DNA from: an uncultured Eubacteriales bacterium
GTDB lineage: Bacteria > Bacillota > Clostridia > Oscillospirales > CAG-272
Reading direction: 5' to 3'
Assembly: GCA_900546635.1 (NCBI GenBank)
Contig: URDS01000002.1
Location: 337-64,336 of the forward strand
DNA length: 64,000 nucleotides
A program made the position numbers and the translations under genes. The notes below the pieces were generated by a model, which was not told the DNA's origin, made no database searches, and saw only the letters and a program-made list of their open reading frames with translations. Below, piece after piece: positions 18,513 to 27,152 of the stretch (its first letter is position 1; each line of letters starts with the position of its first letter).

Positions 18513-18710
18513 GTTTTAAAAATGAACATGAGAGTCGTAAGATTATGAAATCCTGTTTTATCCGCAATAAAATAATCTTGTTTTTACTTTGTATCCCTAT
18601 TAACTTTAATCCACGCAACGCAAGCTTACATTTTTTGCCCGAAAATGTGCGGTTTGGTTGATGGACAGCCTGTCTCATGCATGGTATACTGTCTGCAGGA
18701 GGGGAAAAAT

Positions 18711-19166
18711 ATGATTCATCAGAATTTGCAGACTTTGCGGAAAACACGCCGGTTCACGCAGGAACAAGTGGCGGAGCGGGTCGGCGTTTCCCGGCAGGCG
18801 GTGGCGAAATGGGAGGCGGGCGAAACAGTTCCCGATGTGGAGAATTGTATCGCGCTGGCAAAACTGTACGGCGTGACGCTTGACACACTGGTTGCGGGCG
18901 ATTCGGAGGCGCCGGGCGGGCTGCCGCCGAGAGGAAAACACATTTTCGGGACCGCGACACTTGGGGAACGCGGTCAGATTGTCATTCCCAAAAAGGCGCG
19001 GGACGTATTCGGGCTTCGGCAGGGTGATGAATTGGTGGTACTCGGAGACGAAGAGAGCGGGATCGCGCTTGTGCGTTCCGAGACGTTTTTGCGGGCGCTG
19101 GAGCTTGCGCGGGATATGGCGCGCGCGGACATGACCGATACGGAAGAGGCTCAAAGTGAAAAATGA
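18711..19166 (+). CDS. Fusion regulator: N-terminal XRE HTH plus C-terminal AbrB/SpoVT (looped-hinge helix) domain
   Basis: The ORF was trimmed to the ATG at 18711 (AGGAGGGG upstream; TGgTATACT extended -10 at 18682-18690). Motifs: ..LRKTRRFTQEQVAERVGVSRQAVAKWEAGE.. and ..LGERGQIVIPKKARDVFGLRQGDELVVLGDE.. Confidence 0.85.
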   Translation: MIHQNLQTLRKTRRFTQEQVAERVGVSRQAVAKWEAGETVPDVENCIALAKLYGVTLDTLVAGDSEAPGGLPPRGKHIFGTATLGERGQIVIPKKARDVFGLRQGDELVVLGDEESGIALVRSETFLRALELARDMARADMTDTEEAQSEK

Positions 19167-19175
19167 GGCGATTGT

Positions 19176-19901
19176 ATGAATGCGGTTGAATGCTATGGTC
19201 TTTGCAAGCGATACGGCGCGAAAACGGCGGTGGACGGACTGACGCTTTCGGTACGGGAGGGAGAGGTTCTTGCGCTGCTCGGCGTAAACGGCGCGGGCAA
19301 GACGACGACAATTCGTATGCTTTCGGGTCTGACACAGCCGAGCGCGGGCGAGGCGTATGTGTTTGGCCGGAGCATACGAACCGAACTTACCGAGGCCAAG
19401 CGGATGATCGGGATTTCCCCGCAGGAGACCGCTGTGGCCGGGAATCTCAGCGTGCGCGAAAACCTTGTGATGATGGCCGGAATTTACGGAAAAGTACAGT
19501 CGGAGGCAAAACAGGCCGCCGCGCAGATGATAGAACGCCTGTCCCTGAACTCGATTGCGGACAAGCGCGCAAAGCTGCTTTCAGGCGGATGGCAGCGGCG
19601 GCTGAGTATTGCTATGGCGCTCGTGACCAATCCGAAACTGCTCATTTTGGATGAACCGACCCTTGGCCTGGACGTGCTTGCGCGCCGGGAACTGCATCGC
19701 GTTATCGAACGTCTGCGCGTCGAAGTCACGGTGCTTTTGACGACGCATTATATCGAGGAGGCGGAGGCGCTGTGCGACCGGGTGGCCGTCATGGCGGACG
19801 GCAGACTGCTTGCGTGCGGTACGCCTGCCGAACTGACGGCACGCACCGAATGCGGTAATCTGGAGGAAGCGTTTATTACACTGGCGGAGGGACGGATATG
19901 A
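19176..19901 (+). CDS. ABC transporter ATP-binding protein
   Basis: Walker A GVNGAGKTT, signature LSGGWQRRL, Walker B LLILDEPT. Confidence 0.9.
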   Translation: MNAVECYGLCKRYGAKTAVDGLTLSVREGEVLALLGVNGAGKTTTIRMLSGLTQPSAGEAYVFGRSIRTELTEAKRMIGISPQETAVAGNLSVRENLVMMAGIYGKVQSEAKQAAAQMIERLSLNSIADKRAKLLSGGWQRRLSIAMALVTNPKLLILDEPTLGLDVLARRELHRVIERLRVEVTVLLTTHYIEEAEALCDRVAVMADGRLLACGTPAELTARTECGNLEEAFITLAEGRI

Positions 19902-20656
19902 GGGCGTGTTTGTTTTTTGCAAAGCGGAATTTTTTGGAGATTGCACGCGATCCGCTGAGTTACATTTTTTGTCTTGGCTTTCCGATTGTGATGTTGTTTG
20001 TTATGACAACGGTGAACGCCTCTATTCCAAAACAGGCGGGGATGACGCTTTTTCAGCTTCAGAATCTCATGCCGGGGATTGCTGTATTCAGTCTCACGTT
20101 TACCACGCTGTTTTCCGCGATGACGGTGGCGCGGGATCGCAGTTGCGCGTTTCTGAATCGGCTGTACGCTTCGCCCCTTCGCGGCTTTGCGTTTTTTCTC
20201 GGCTACAGCCTGCCTGTGCTGATGATCGCCTTTTTGCAGTGCGCCGTTACGGTGACGGTATCGCTGTGCCTCGGCGCCTTTGCCGGCATATATTTTTCAT
20301 TTTTCGGCATTCTCGGTATGCTTGCGGCGCTGTTGCCCGCTATGTTGCTGTTTATCGCGCTTGGTGTGTTGTTTGGCGCTTGTTTTAGCGAAAGGGCCGC
20401 GCCCGGAGTGTGTTCAATTTTGATCAGTGTCGCGGGGGTGCTCGGCGGTATATGGATGGATATAGGAAATATGAGCGGAGGGCTTGCGGCCGCTGCTAAA
20501 ATCTTGCCGTTTTATCATTGCGTGCATTTGGCGCGGCAGGCGCTTGCGGGAGAGCCGGTCGGAAATACGCTTCTTTTTGTATGTCTGTATACTGCCGCAT
20601 TGGTTGTTCTTGCTCCATTGGTGTTTGATTGCAGGCGGCAAAAGGACCTAAAATAA
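19898..20656 (+). CDS. ABC-2 type transporter permease
   Basis: The 252-aa protein is multi-TM and hydrophobic. Its ATG overlaps the upstream stop as ATGA (translational coupling with the ATPase). Confidence 0.8.
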   Translation: MRACLFFAKRNFLEIARDPLSYIFCLGFPIVMLFVMTTVNASIPKQAGMTLFQLQNLMPGIAVFSLTFTTLFSAMTVARDRSCAFLNRLYASPLRGFAFFLGYSLPVLMIAFLQCAVTVTVSLCLGAFAGIYFSFFGILGMLAALLPAMLLFIALGVLFGACFSERAAPGVCSILISVAGVLGGIWMDIGNMSGGLAAAAKILPFYHCVHLARQALAGEPVGNTLLFVCLYTAALVVLAPLVFDCRRQKDLK

Positions 20657-20659
20657 AGC

Positions 20660-20684
20660 GCCGGGAAGCTTTGGGCTTCCCGGC
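20660..20684 (+). terminator. Terminator hairpin after the ABC operon; a near-copy is repeated at 20853-20876 on the other side of the MITE-like element
   Basis: GCCGGGAAGC-TTTG-GGCTTCCCGGC here versus GCCGGAAAGC-TTTG-GACTTCCCGG at 20853. Confidence 0.55.
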
Positions 20685-20687
20685 TGT

Positions 20688-20849
20688 CAGTCTGTCAAAA
20701 AAGTGAAAAACGTAAATCAAATACGTTTACAAGGCGGACATGCGCCGCCTTGTAAACACCTTACAGGCGCGCGAGTGCCGCCATCGGCGGCGCGACGGCG
20801 CGAGCGAACGCGCCCCATCGTCGCAAAACCTTGGTTTTTCGACGGTCAG
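20688..20849 (+). repeat. MITE-like repeat, copy A (162 bp)
   Basis: It starts CAGTCTGTCAAAAAAGTGAAAA, which matches the first ~16 nt of the IS left end. It contains the hairpin TTTACAAGGCGG-ACATGCG-CCGCCTTGTAAA and a GC-rich core, and ends ..TTTTTCGACGGTCAG (a degenerate inverted copy of the terminus). It is nearly identical to copy B over ~140 bp. Confidence 0.8.
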
Positions 20850-20952
20850 ATCGCCGGAAAGCTTTGGACTTCCCGGAAGCGGAAATCCATATGCGCGAAT
20901 AGGCGCTCCATTTGGATCGCTTATTCGCGCTGTTTTGGGCGTCGCTTGTGCA

Positions 20953-21020
20953 TTTGTAAAGCGTTTATAAGACGTTCTATGCGCCGCCTTGAATACAATA
21001 TATTTTATTGTAATGACATT
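20953..21020 (-). repeat. Partial, diverged copy (E) of the same repeat, in inverted orientation
   Basis: TTTGTAAAGCGTTTATAAGACGTTCTATGCGCCGCCTTGAATACAATATATTTTATTG aligns with the hairpin-proximal part of copies A and C. Confidence 0.45.
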
Positions 21021-21047
21021 GGCTGTTTATGTTTGGCGAGGCTATTT

Positions 21048-22322
21048 TTATACGACTTTTTCCACATCATACAGCGCGCTGATGAGCGCAAAATTTTGTG
21101 CGAACGGACGCATGGCGTTCCAGTATCCTGCGCCGCGCAGATTAAATTCGTCCATCAAATCGAATTTGGCCAGAATGCTGCGAATGTCCTCAAACCAGAC
21201 GATATGATCGATGCCCGCGTTTGTATATTCGATAAAAGGGGACATGGCGATCGGGTCAAACTGAACTTCTGCGCCGTTTCGCCTCGCTATGTCGATGGCG
21301 GTCTGGTTGCCGATCGACTGTGCGCGCGTGGTGCCCTCGATAAACGGGAGCGGCCAGTCGTATCCATAATTCGGAATACCGAGAAAAATTTTTTCGGTCG
21401 GAATTTCGGTTACGGCGTATTCCACCACTTCACGCACGCGGTTGAGCGGCGCAACGGCCATCGGGGGACCGTAGGTATATCCCCATTCGTACGTCATCAG
21501 AAATACGGTGTCGGATGCGGCGCCCAGCGCGCTGTAATCGTGCGCTTCATAAAGAAGTCCGGGCTGAACATCGGAGGTTTTCGGCGCAAGATCGGTGTTG
21601 ACGAAAAAGCCGTAGGGGCTGAGACGGTTCACCGCATTTTGTACAAAAGCGGTGAACGCATTTCGATCGGCTGCCGGTATGTACTCAAAATCAATGTCGA
21701 GGCCGACGTAATCTTTTTCGAGCATAACCGCGACGACATTGTCCAAAACCGTATTTTGCAGTTCAAGATCATTAAAAAGCATACTGGCGCGCGCGCTGCT
21801 GAATCCGCCGCTTTCCGTGATGGAGGACAGGAGCATGACCGGCGCCGTGCCGAACTGGTAGGCCAGTTCAATAAGCGGATCGTCGTCAATTTCAATCAAA
21901 CTTCCGTCTGTTGTAAATCCGTAGCCGAAGATAGTCAGGTAGGTCAGAAACGGCAGGGCGCGCAGAAGAACACTGCGATTGATAAAAGGGTAGGCATACG
22001 CATTGAAACGCACCGAGCGCCGCTTCGGTTCGGAAAAACGAATGACCAGCGTATCTCCGGGACGGATGGTCGGATCTTCCGCAAGATACGGATTGTTCTG
22101 TATCAGTTCATATAGGCTGATGCCGTATGTACGCGCGATGGATGACAGCGTGTCTCCGGGCACTACGGTGTGCACAGTCTCCGGAAATAAAATGATTAAA
22201 GCCTGCCCCACAACAAGATCGCCGGATATTGCATTGTCGCTGATGATCCGGGACGGTGAAACACCGTAGCGCCGCGCAATCCCGACAACCGTGTCCCCCG
22301 GTTCCACAACATGTATAATCAT
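21048..22322 (-). CDS. LysM-LysM-GH18 peptidoglycan/cortex hydrolase (YaaH/SleL-like sporulation protein)
   Basis: There are two LysM repeats (..HVVEPGDTVVGIARRYGVS.., ..HTVVPGDTLSSIARTYGIS..) and a GH18 catalytic signature (..GLDIDFEY..). The start was moved to the ATG at 22322 (GGGGG RBS) from the track's TTG at 22337. Confidence 0.85.
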   Translation of the reverse strand: MIIHVVEPGDTVVGIARRYGVSPSRIISDNAISGDLVVGQALIILFPETVHTVVPGDTLSSIARTYGISLYELIQNNPYLAEDPTIRPGDTLVIRFSEPKRRSVRFNAYAYPFINRSVLLRALPFLTYLTIFGYGFTTDGSLIEIDDDPLIELAYQFGTAPVMLLSSITESGGFSSARASMLFNDLELQNTVLDNVVAVMLEKDYVGLDIDFEYIPAADRNAFTAFVQNAVNRLSPYGFFVNTDLAPKTSDVQPGLLYEAHDYSALGAASDTVFLMTYEWGYTYGPPMAVAPLNRVREVVEYAVTEIPTEKIFLGIPNYGYDWPLPFIEGTTRAQSIGNQTAIDIARRNGAEVQFDPIAMSPFIEYTNAGIDHIVWFEDIRSILAKFDLMDEFNLRGAGYWNAMRPFAQNFALISALYDVEKVV

Positions 22323-22434
22323 GTACGATACCCCCAATTTGAGCTTTGTTTAATACAGTATATGTGGGGGAGAGGGCATGGGGACGCAAATTTGAATTTT
22401 CACTTGGAATTTCGGGCGCAAACCGGAAAATGCG

Positions 22435-22463
22435 TTGACAAATATAAAAAAATTCTATATAAT
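22435..22463 (+). promoter_or_regulatory. Consensus sigma-A promoter upstream of paaK
   Basis: TTGACA (22435-22440), a 17-nt spacer, then TATAAT (22458-22463). Confidence 0.55.
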
Positions 22464-22520
22464 CATAATTGAATTTTATATCCGCCTATAAAAGCAGGTT
22501 TTGGAATTTTAAAGAAAGCG

Positions 22521-23834
22521 GTGACTTCCTTGGAACAGTATTATCAAAAAGAAATTGAAACAATGTCGCGCGAGCAGATTCGGACGCTGCAAAGCGAGCG
22601 TCTGGTAAATCAGGTTCGCCATGTTTATGAGAACGTTCCCTATTACCGGCAGAAAATGCAGGAAAAGCAGATCACGCCGGACGATATTCATGGCATAGAG
22701 GATCTGCATAAGCTTCCTTTTTTGTGCAAGGAAGATCTGCGCGAGGCGTATCCGTACGGCCTTTTGGCAAAACCATTGTCCGAGTGTGTGCGCATTCAGT
22801 CCACTTCGGGGACGACCGGGCGCCGCGTTGTCGCGTTCTATACACAGCATGATATTGATCTTTGGGAAGACTGCTGCGCGCGTGCGATTTGTGCGGCGGG
22901 CGGTACAAAGGAAGATGTTTGTCAGGTCTGTTATGGGTACGGACTGTTTACGGGAGGCCCCGGACTCAATGGCGGTTCGCATAAAGTCGGCTGTCTGACG
23001 CTTCCGATGTCATCGGGCAATACGGACAGACAAATCCAGTTTATGACGGATCTCGGTTCTACCATTCTTTGCTGTACGCCCTCTTACGCCGCGTATCTTG
23101 CCGAAAGTATTTTGGAAAAAGGTATGCGCGATCAGATCAAACTGAAAGCGGGCATTTTCGGTGCGGAGGCCTGGACGGAGGAGATGCGCCGCGATATTGA
23201 GCATAAACTGGGGATCCGCGCGTATGATATTTACGGTTTGACCGAGCTTTCCGGCCCCGGTGTGTCTTTTGAGTGCTCTGCTCAGGGCGGTATGCATGTC
23301 TGCGAGGATCATTTTATCGCGGAAATCATCAATCCGGAGACCGGAGAAGTGCTGCCTGCGGGCGCAACCGGTGAACTCGTATTTACCGCGATCACCAAGG
23401 AGGCGTTTCCGATGATCCGGTATCGTACCCGCGATATTTGCCGTTTGGATTACACGCCTTGCTCCTGCGGGCGCACGCATGTTCGTATGTCGAAGCCGAT
23501 GGGGCGTTCGGACGACATGCTGATTATCCGCGGCGTCAATGTGTTCCCCTCACAGATTGAAACCGTGCTTTTGAATAAAGGAATGTCCGCAAATTATCAG
23601 ATCATCGTTGATCGTGTGAACAACTCGGATACGCTCGACGTTCAGGTGGAGATGCCGCCCGAATTGTTTACGGATACGGTGACCGGCGTTTCTTCCAAGG
23701 AAAAGGAACTGGCCGAGGCGATGAAATCTATGCTCGGAATCAAAGCGGCGGTACATTTGGTTTCCCCGAAGAGCATTGCGCGCAGCGAGGGCAAAGCGGT
23801 GCGTATTATTGATAAACGTAAACTGTATGGATGA
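22521..23834 (+). CDS. paaK: Phenylacetate-CoA ligase family (PaaK-type adenylate-forming enzyme)
   Basis: ..KEIETMSREQIRTLQSERL..YYRQKM.. at the N-terminus, SSGTTG-type P-loop (STSGTTGRR), ..YGLTE..GPG.. The start codon is uncertain (GTG 22521 or TTG 22530). Confidence 0.85.
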   Translation: MTSLEQYYQKEIETMSREQIRTLQSERLVNQVRHVYENVPYYRQKMQEKQITPDDIHGIEDLHKLPFLCKEDLREAYPYGLLAKPLSECVRIQSTSGTTGRRVVAFYTQHDIDLWEDCCARAICAAGGTKEDVCQVCYGYGLFTGGPGLNGGSHKVGCLTLPMSSGNTDRQIQFMTDLGSTILCCTPSYAAYLAESILEKGMRDQIKLKAGIFGAEAWTEEMRRDIEHKLGIRAYDIYGLTELSGPGVSFECSAQGGMHVCEDHFIAEIINPETGEVLPAGATGELVFTAITKEAFPMIRYRTRDICRLDYTPCSCGRTHVRMSKPMGRSDDMLIIRGVNVFPSQIETVLLNKGMSANYQIIVDRVNNSDTLDVQVEMPPELFTDTVTGVSSKEKELAEAMKSMLGIKAAVHLVSPKSIARSEGKAVRIIDKRKLYG

Positions 23835-23846
23835 AAGGAGACTATC

Positions 23847-24254
23847 ATGACGGTCAATCAAATTTCGGTTTTTGTAGAAAACAGATCCGGGCAGCTTGCA
23901 CAGTTTATTCATTTGCTGGCGGAGCATGGCATTGACCTTGAAGCGCTTTCTATAGCCGATACAAAGGATTACGGCATTATCCGAATCATAGCCGACTCGC
24001 CCGAAAAAGCGGCAAAGGCTTTGACCGAAGCGGGATGGGTTTTCACCGTTACACCGGTGCTGGCCGTAACCGTGCCCGATGCGCCGGGAAGCCTTGAGCG
24101 TATTTTCAGCATTTTGGCGGAGCACAATATTAATTTGGAGTATACCTATGCGTTCTTTACGCGCAAGCACGGACATGCGTGCGTGATTTTGCGTGTGGAC
24201 GGCAATGAGCATGCCGCGCAGGTTCTGGCGGATGCGGGCATCCGAATTGACTGA
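23847..24254 (+). CDS. ACT domain (amino-acid-binding) protein, the usual partner of anaerobic PaaK-type ligases
   Basis: 135 aa with two ACT repeats (..ISVFVENRSGQLAQFIHLLAEHGIDL.., ..VPDAPGSLERIFSILAEHNINL..). Confidence 0.8.
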   Translation: MTVNQISVFVENRSGQLAQFIHLLAEHGIDLEALSIADTKDYGIIRIIADSPEKAAKALTEAGWVFTVTPVLAVTVPDAPGSLERIFSILAEHNINLEYTYAFFTRKHGHACVILRVDGNEHAAQVLADAGIRID

Positions 24255-24263
24255 GTGAAAACA

Positions 24264-24290
24264 CCCCGAAAGCAAGCATAGCTTTCGGGG
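24264..24290 (+). terminator. Terminator hairpin after the ACT gene, directly followed by a CAGTCTGTC repeat terminus
   Basis: CCCCGAAAGC-AAGCATA-GCTTTCGGGG, then TG, then CAGTCTGTCGAG at 24293. Confidence 0.5.
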
Positions 24291-24484
24291 TGCAGTCTGT
24301 CGAGATAAACGTATTTTTCGGGGACTTGAAAAGACACATTGCATACGCGCAAGTTCGGCGCAATGACGCATGTAAATGTTCATCGCCTGGAGTCCTTGTT
24401 TATCCAGCGTCAAAACCCGGAAGCGTGGCTTCCGGGTCTCTGTTTTTGAATATATAGCGCTTTGGAATTGTGTGCGGACGGCTT

Positions 24485-24970
24485 TTATATGGTGTACAGA
24501 TCGGAAAAACTGAGCGCCGTGTTGAAAATAAAAGCCAAAATAAGATAGATGATATAACTGACCATGCCGAGAATGCCGAGCACGAGGCCGGCAATGGCAA
24601 GCCCGCGTCCCTGTTCTCCGGTTTGTTTGATTTTGGACAGTCCGACAGCCGAAAAAACAATTGCCAATATAGAGGTCAGCGTGCCGAGACAGCAAATCCA
24701 TGAAAAAAGCGACAAAATTCCGAGAACAAATCCGGCGACCGCCATCGAATTGGTTTTCGGCGGTACGCTGTATGCAGTCTGCGCTTGTATTGTGGGGATG
24801 GGCGTGACCGGGGTGGGGGGTATAACGGCGGAAACCGGGACAACCGGTTCTGCCGCGGAGGCTGCCTGAGACGAAGTCTGTTGTGTAGCCGGATCGCACG
24901 CATTGCCGCAGAAGGGGCAGAATTTTGCCGAATCTTCCAGTTGTGCGCCGCAATTGCCGCAAAATTTCAT
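24485..24970 (-). CDS. Zinc-ribbon plus DUF4190-type membrane protein
   Basis: The ORF was trimmed to the ATG at 24970 (GGAGG upstream). It reads MKFCGNCGAQLEDSAKFCPFCGN, then a Pro/Thr/Gln-rich linker, then two TM helices (..AVAGFVLGILSLF..GLAIAGLVLGILGMV..). Confidence 0.7.
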   Translation of the reverse strand: MKFCGNCGAQLEDSAKFCPFCGNACDPATQQTSSQAASAAEPVVPVSAVIPPTPVTPIPTIQAQTAYSVPPKTNSMAVAGFVLGILSLFSWICCLGTLTSILAIVFSAVGLSKIKQTGEQGRGLAIAGLVLGILGMVSYIIYLILAFIFNTALSFSDLYTI

Positions 24971-25127
24971 AACTTGTCCTCCAAATGCAATAGTGTATAC
25001 AAATAGTATACACTGCCTTCGTAAATCTGTCAATTCCATTTTCCGCTTTTGTTCGTGGAAAATTTTCAATATTTGGGCATATGTACGCTTTTTATGTACC
25101 GGATAATTGAACAGGAGATAATATCGT

Positions 25128-25616
25128 ATGCAGATTGTACATCCGATTCCGCCGCTTTGGTGTGCGGAATCCAAAACGCTCATATTGGGTTCTTTCCCGT
25201 CAGTCAAATCCAGAGAATCCGGCTTCTTTTACGGTCATCCGCAAAACCGCTTCTGGCGTGTTTGCGCTTCCGTGTTTTCGGTTTCTGTACCCGAAACGAT
25301 TGAAGAAAAAAAGAAGTTTGTTCTGGGGCATAAACTGGCGCTTTGGGATGTCATTGCTTCCTGCGATATACAGGGGTCGGCGGACAGCAGCATTCGAGGC
25401 GCGCTTCCAAACGATATCGGCGTGATTTTGAGCGGTGCGGATATTCGAAACATCTTCGTCAACGGCAAAACAGCCGAGAAGCTTTACAATCAATATTTAC
25501 TTCCGAAATATAATATCCCCGCCGTATGTTTGCCCTCCACCAGTCCGGCAAACGCAGCTTGGTCGCTGGAACGTTTGATCGAAGCATGGCGCCCGATTGC
25601 CGAAAACGAAAACTGA
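25128..25616 (+). CDS. DNA-deoxyinosine (hypoxanthine) glycosylase, UDG family 6
   Basis: The motifs ..LILGSFPSVKSRESGFFYGHPQNRFW.. and ..LPSTSPANAAW.. are characteristic of this family. Confidence 0.75.
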   Translation: MQIVHPIPPLWCAESKTLILGSFPSVKSRESGFFYGHPQNRFWRVCASVFSVSVPETIEEKKKFVLGHKLALWDVIASCDIQGSADSSIRGALPNDIGVILSGADIRNIFVNGKTAEKLYNQYLLPKYNIPAVCLPSTSPANAAWSLERLIEAWRPIAENEN

Positions 25617-25750
25617 GTTTATCTGTTTTTCTCCACGATGTAAAAACGAATCGAAAATTACGGAAAGGGGAAAATTATGTTTAAGCACGAAAAACACTTT
25701 TCATCCGGCGCATATTGGAGTCCCGTTGGAGCCGTGCATTGGCGTCCTCT

Positions 25751-25913
25751 TTGGGGCGCATATTCGCGCCCGCCTTTGTCGGTACTCGCATGTTGGCGCC
25801 CAAAGGGGCGGCGCATTCACGTCCGTAAGGTGTTTGCAGGGATGCGCATATCAGCCTTGCAAACAAATTTTACAGATCGTTTTTTTCATCGCAGCTTTCA
25901 CTTTATCGACAAG
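25751..25913 (-). repeat. Degenerate copy (D) of the MITE-like repeat, followed by a hairpin
   Basis: GGGGCGCATATTCGCGCC..CGTAAGGTGTTTGCAGGGATGCGCATATCAGCCTTGCAAACAAATTTTAC..CTTTCACTTTATCGACAAG aligns with copy C along its length. The hairpin GAACTGTG..CACAGTTC plus T6 follows at 25918-25955. Confidence 0.55.
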
Positions 25914-26059
25914 AAAAGAACTGTGCCCGCAAACTGCGGACACAGTTCTTTTTTGTTGTCCGGCAGTGGATTTGTATCCATTTTTCATTGACACATGCTT
26001 TTTTATACAGTATAATAAATTCATATATCGCTCGAAATATAAAGGAAACGGTAAGAAAA

Positions 26060-27112
26060 ATGACAGTGAGTTTTTCCGAATTTCTGCAGTTTTTGACTAT
26101 GGATCCGATGATTGCGGTTACCGCGCTTCTGACGCTCAGCGTTATTTTGGTAAACGGTTGGACGGATGCCCCAAATGCAATCGCGACATGTGTTTCAACC
26201 AGAGCCATGAAGCCCAAGACCGCGATTTTGATGGCGGCGGTATTCAATTTTTTCGGTGTGTTTGTCATGACACTGTTCAATGCCAAGGTCGCGGCGACAA
26301 TTTACAACATGGTTGATTTCGGCACAAATGCGCGGGAGGCCACAACTGCTCTTTGCGCGGCGCTTGTCGCCATTGTGGTTTGGGCGACGCTTGCGTGGAA
26401 GTTCGGCATACCGACAAGCGAAAGTCATGCGCTCATTGCCGGTCTTACCGGGGCGGCTATCGCCATGCACAATGGACTTGGCGGCGTAAACGGCTTTGAG
26501 TGGCTAAAAGTTGTTTACGGGCTGGTGCTCTCCACGATTTTGGGCTTCGGTTTCGGTTTTGTTTCGGTACGGCTTACGGAGTTCTTGTTTCGGCATGCGG
26601 ACCGGCCGAAAACCACGAAATTTTTTAGAGGCGCTCAGATTTGCGGCGGTGCGTCTATGGCGTTTATGCACGGCGCGCAGGACGGCCAAAAATTTATGGG
26701 CGTGTTTTTGCTCGGTATTTTCCTTGCTTCCGGAAATACGGGCGTCAACAGCTTTGAAATACCGATTTGGCTGATGATCCTTTGCTCGGCCGTGATGGCG
26801 CTCGGCACTTCAATCGGAGGCTATCGGATTATAAAATCTGTCGGCATGGATATGGTCAAACTTCAGACCTATCAGGGGTTCGCCGCGGATCTCGGCGCGG
26901 CGCTTTGTCTGCTTGTCGCTTCGCTGACCGGTATACCGGTCAGCACTACGCACACCAAAACCACGGCGATTATGGGTGTAGGCGCTTCAAAACGGCTTTC
27001 GGCGGTCAACTGGAAAGTTGTTCGGGAAATGGTATTTACATGGGTGCTTACCTTTCCGGGCTGCGGCTTGCTTGGCTTTCTTGTCGTAAAGCTGTTTATG
27101 CTCGTTTTTTAA
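26060..27112 (+). CDS. pit: Inorganic phosphate transporter, PiT family
   Basis: The ORF was trimmed to the ATG at 26060. The GWTDAPNAIAT and ..VSTTHT.. signature repeats are present in a multi-TM protein. Confidence 0.9.
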   Translation: MTVSFSEFLQFLTMDPMIAVTALLTLSVILVNGWTDAPNAIATCVSTRAMKPKTAILMAAVFNFFGVFVMTLFNAKVAATIYNMVDFGTNAREATTALCAALVAIVVWATLAWKFGIPTSESHALIAGLTGAAIAMHNGLGGVNGFEWLKVVYGLVLSTILGFGFGFVSVRLTEFLFRHADRPKTTKFFRGAQICGGASMAFMHGAQDGQKFMGVFLLGIFLASGNTGVNSFEIPIWLMILCSAVMALGTSIGGYRIIKSVGMDMVKLQTYQGFAADLGAALCLLVASLTGIPVSTTHTKTTAIMGVGASKRLSAVNWKVVREMVFTWVLTFPGCGLLGFLVVKLFMLVF

Positions 27113-27152
27113 AGTAGCGAAGTTTTAAAAATAAGTATAAAGGATTTTGACG

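Noticed and set aside
20740-20970. Short ORFs inside the MITE-like repeats (20740..20970 +, 45464..45739 +, 25677..25991 +).
   Set aside because: They have no RBS, differ in length and frame between copies, and are Arg/Pro/Ala-rich because they read through the GC-rich core. The repeats behave as non-coding elements.
20703-22115. A 470-aa plus-strand ORF spanning the MITE region and the GH18 gene.
   Set aside because: It starts inside a non-coding repeat and runs antisense to a well-supported LysM-GH18 gene. It has an Arg/Gly-rich composition with no recognisable motifs, typical of shadow ORFs in GC-rich DNA.
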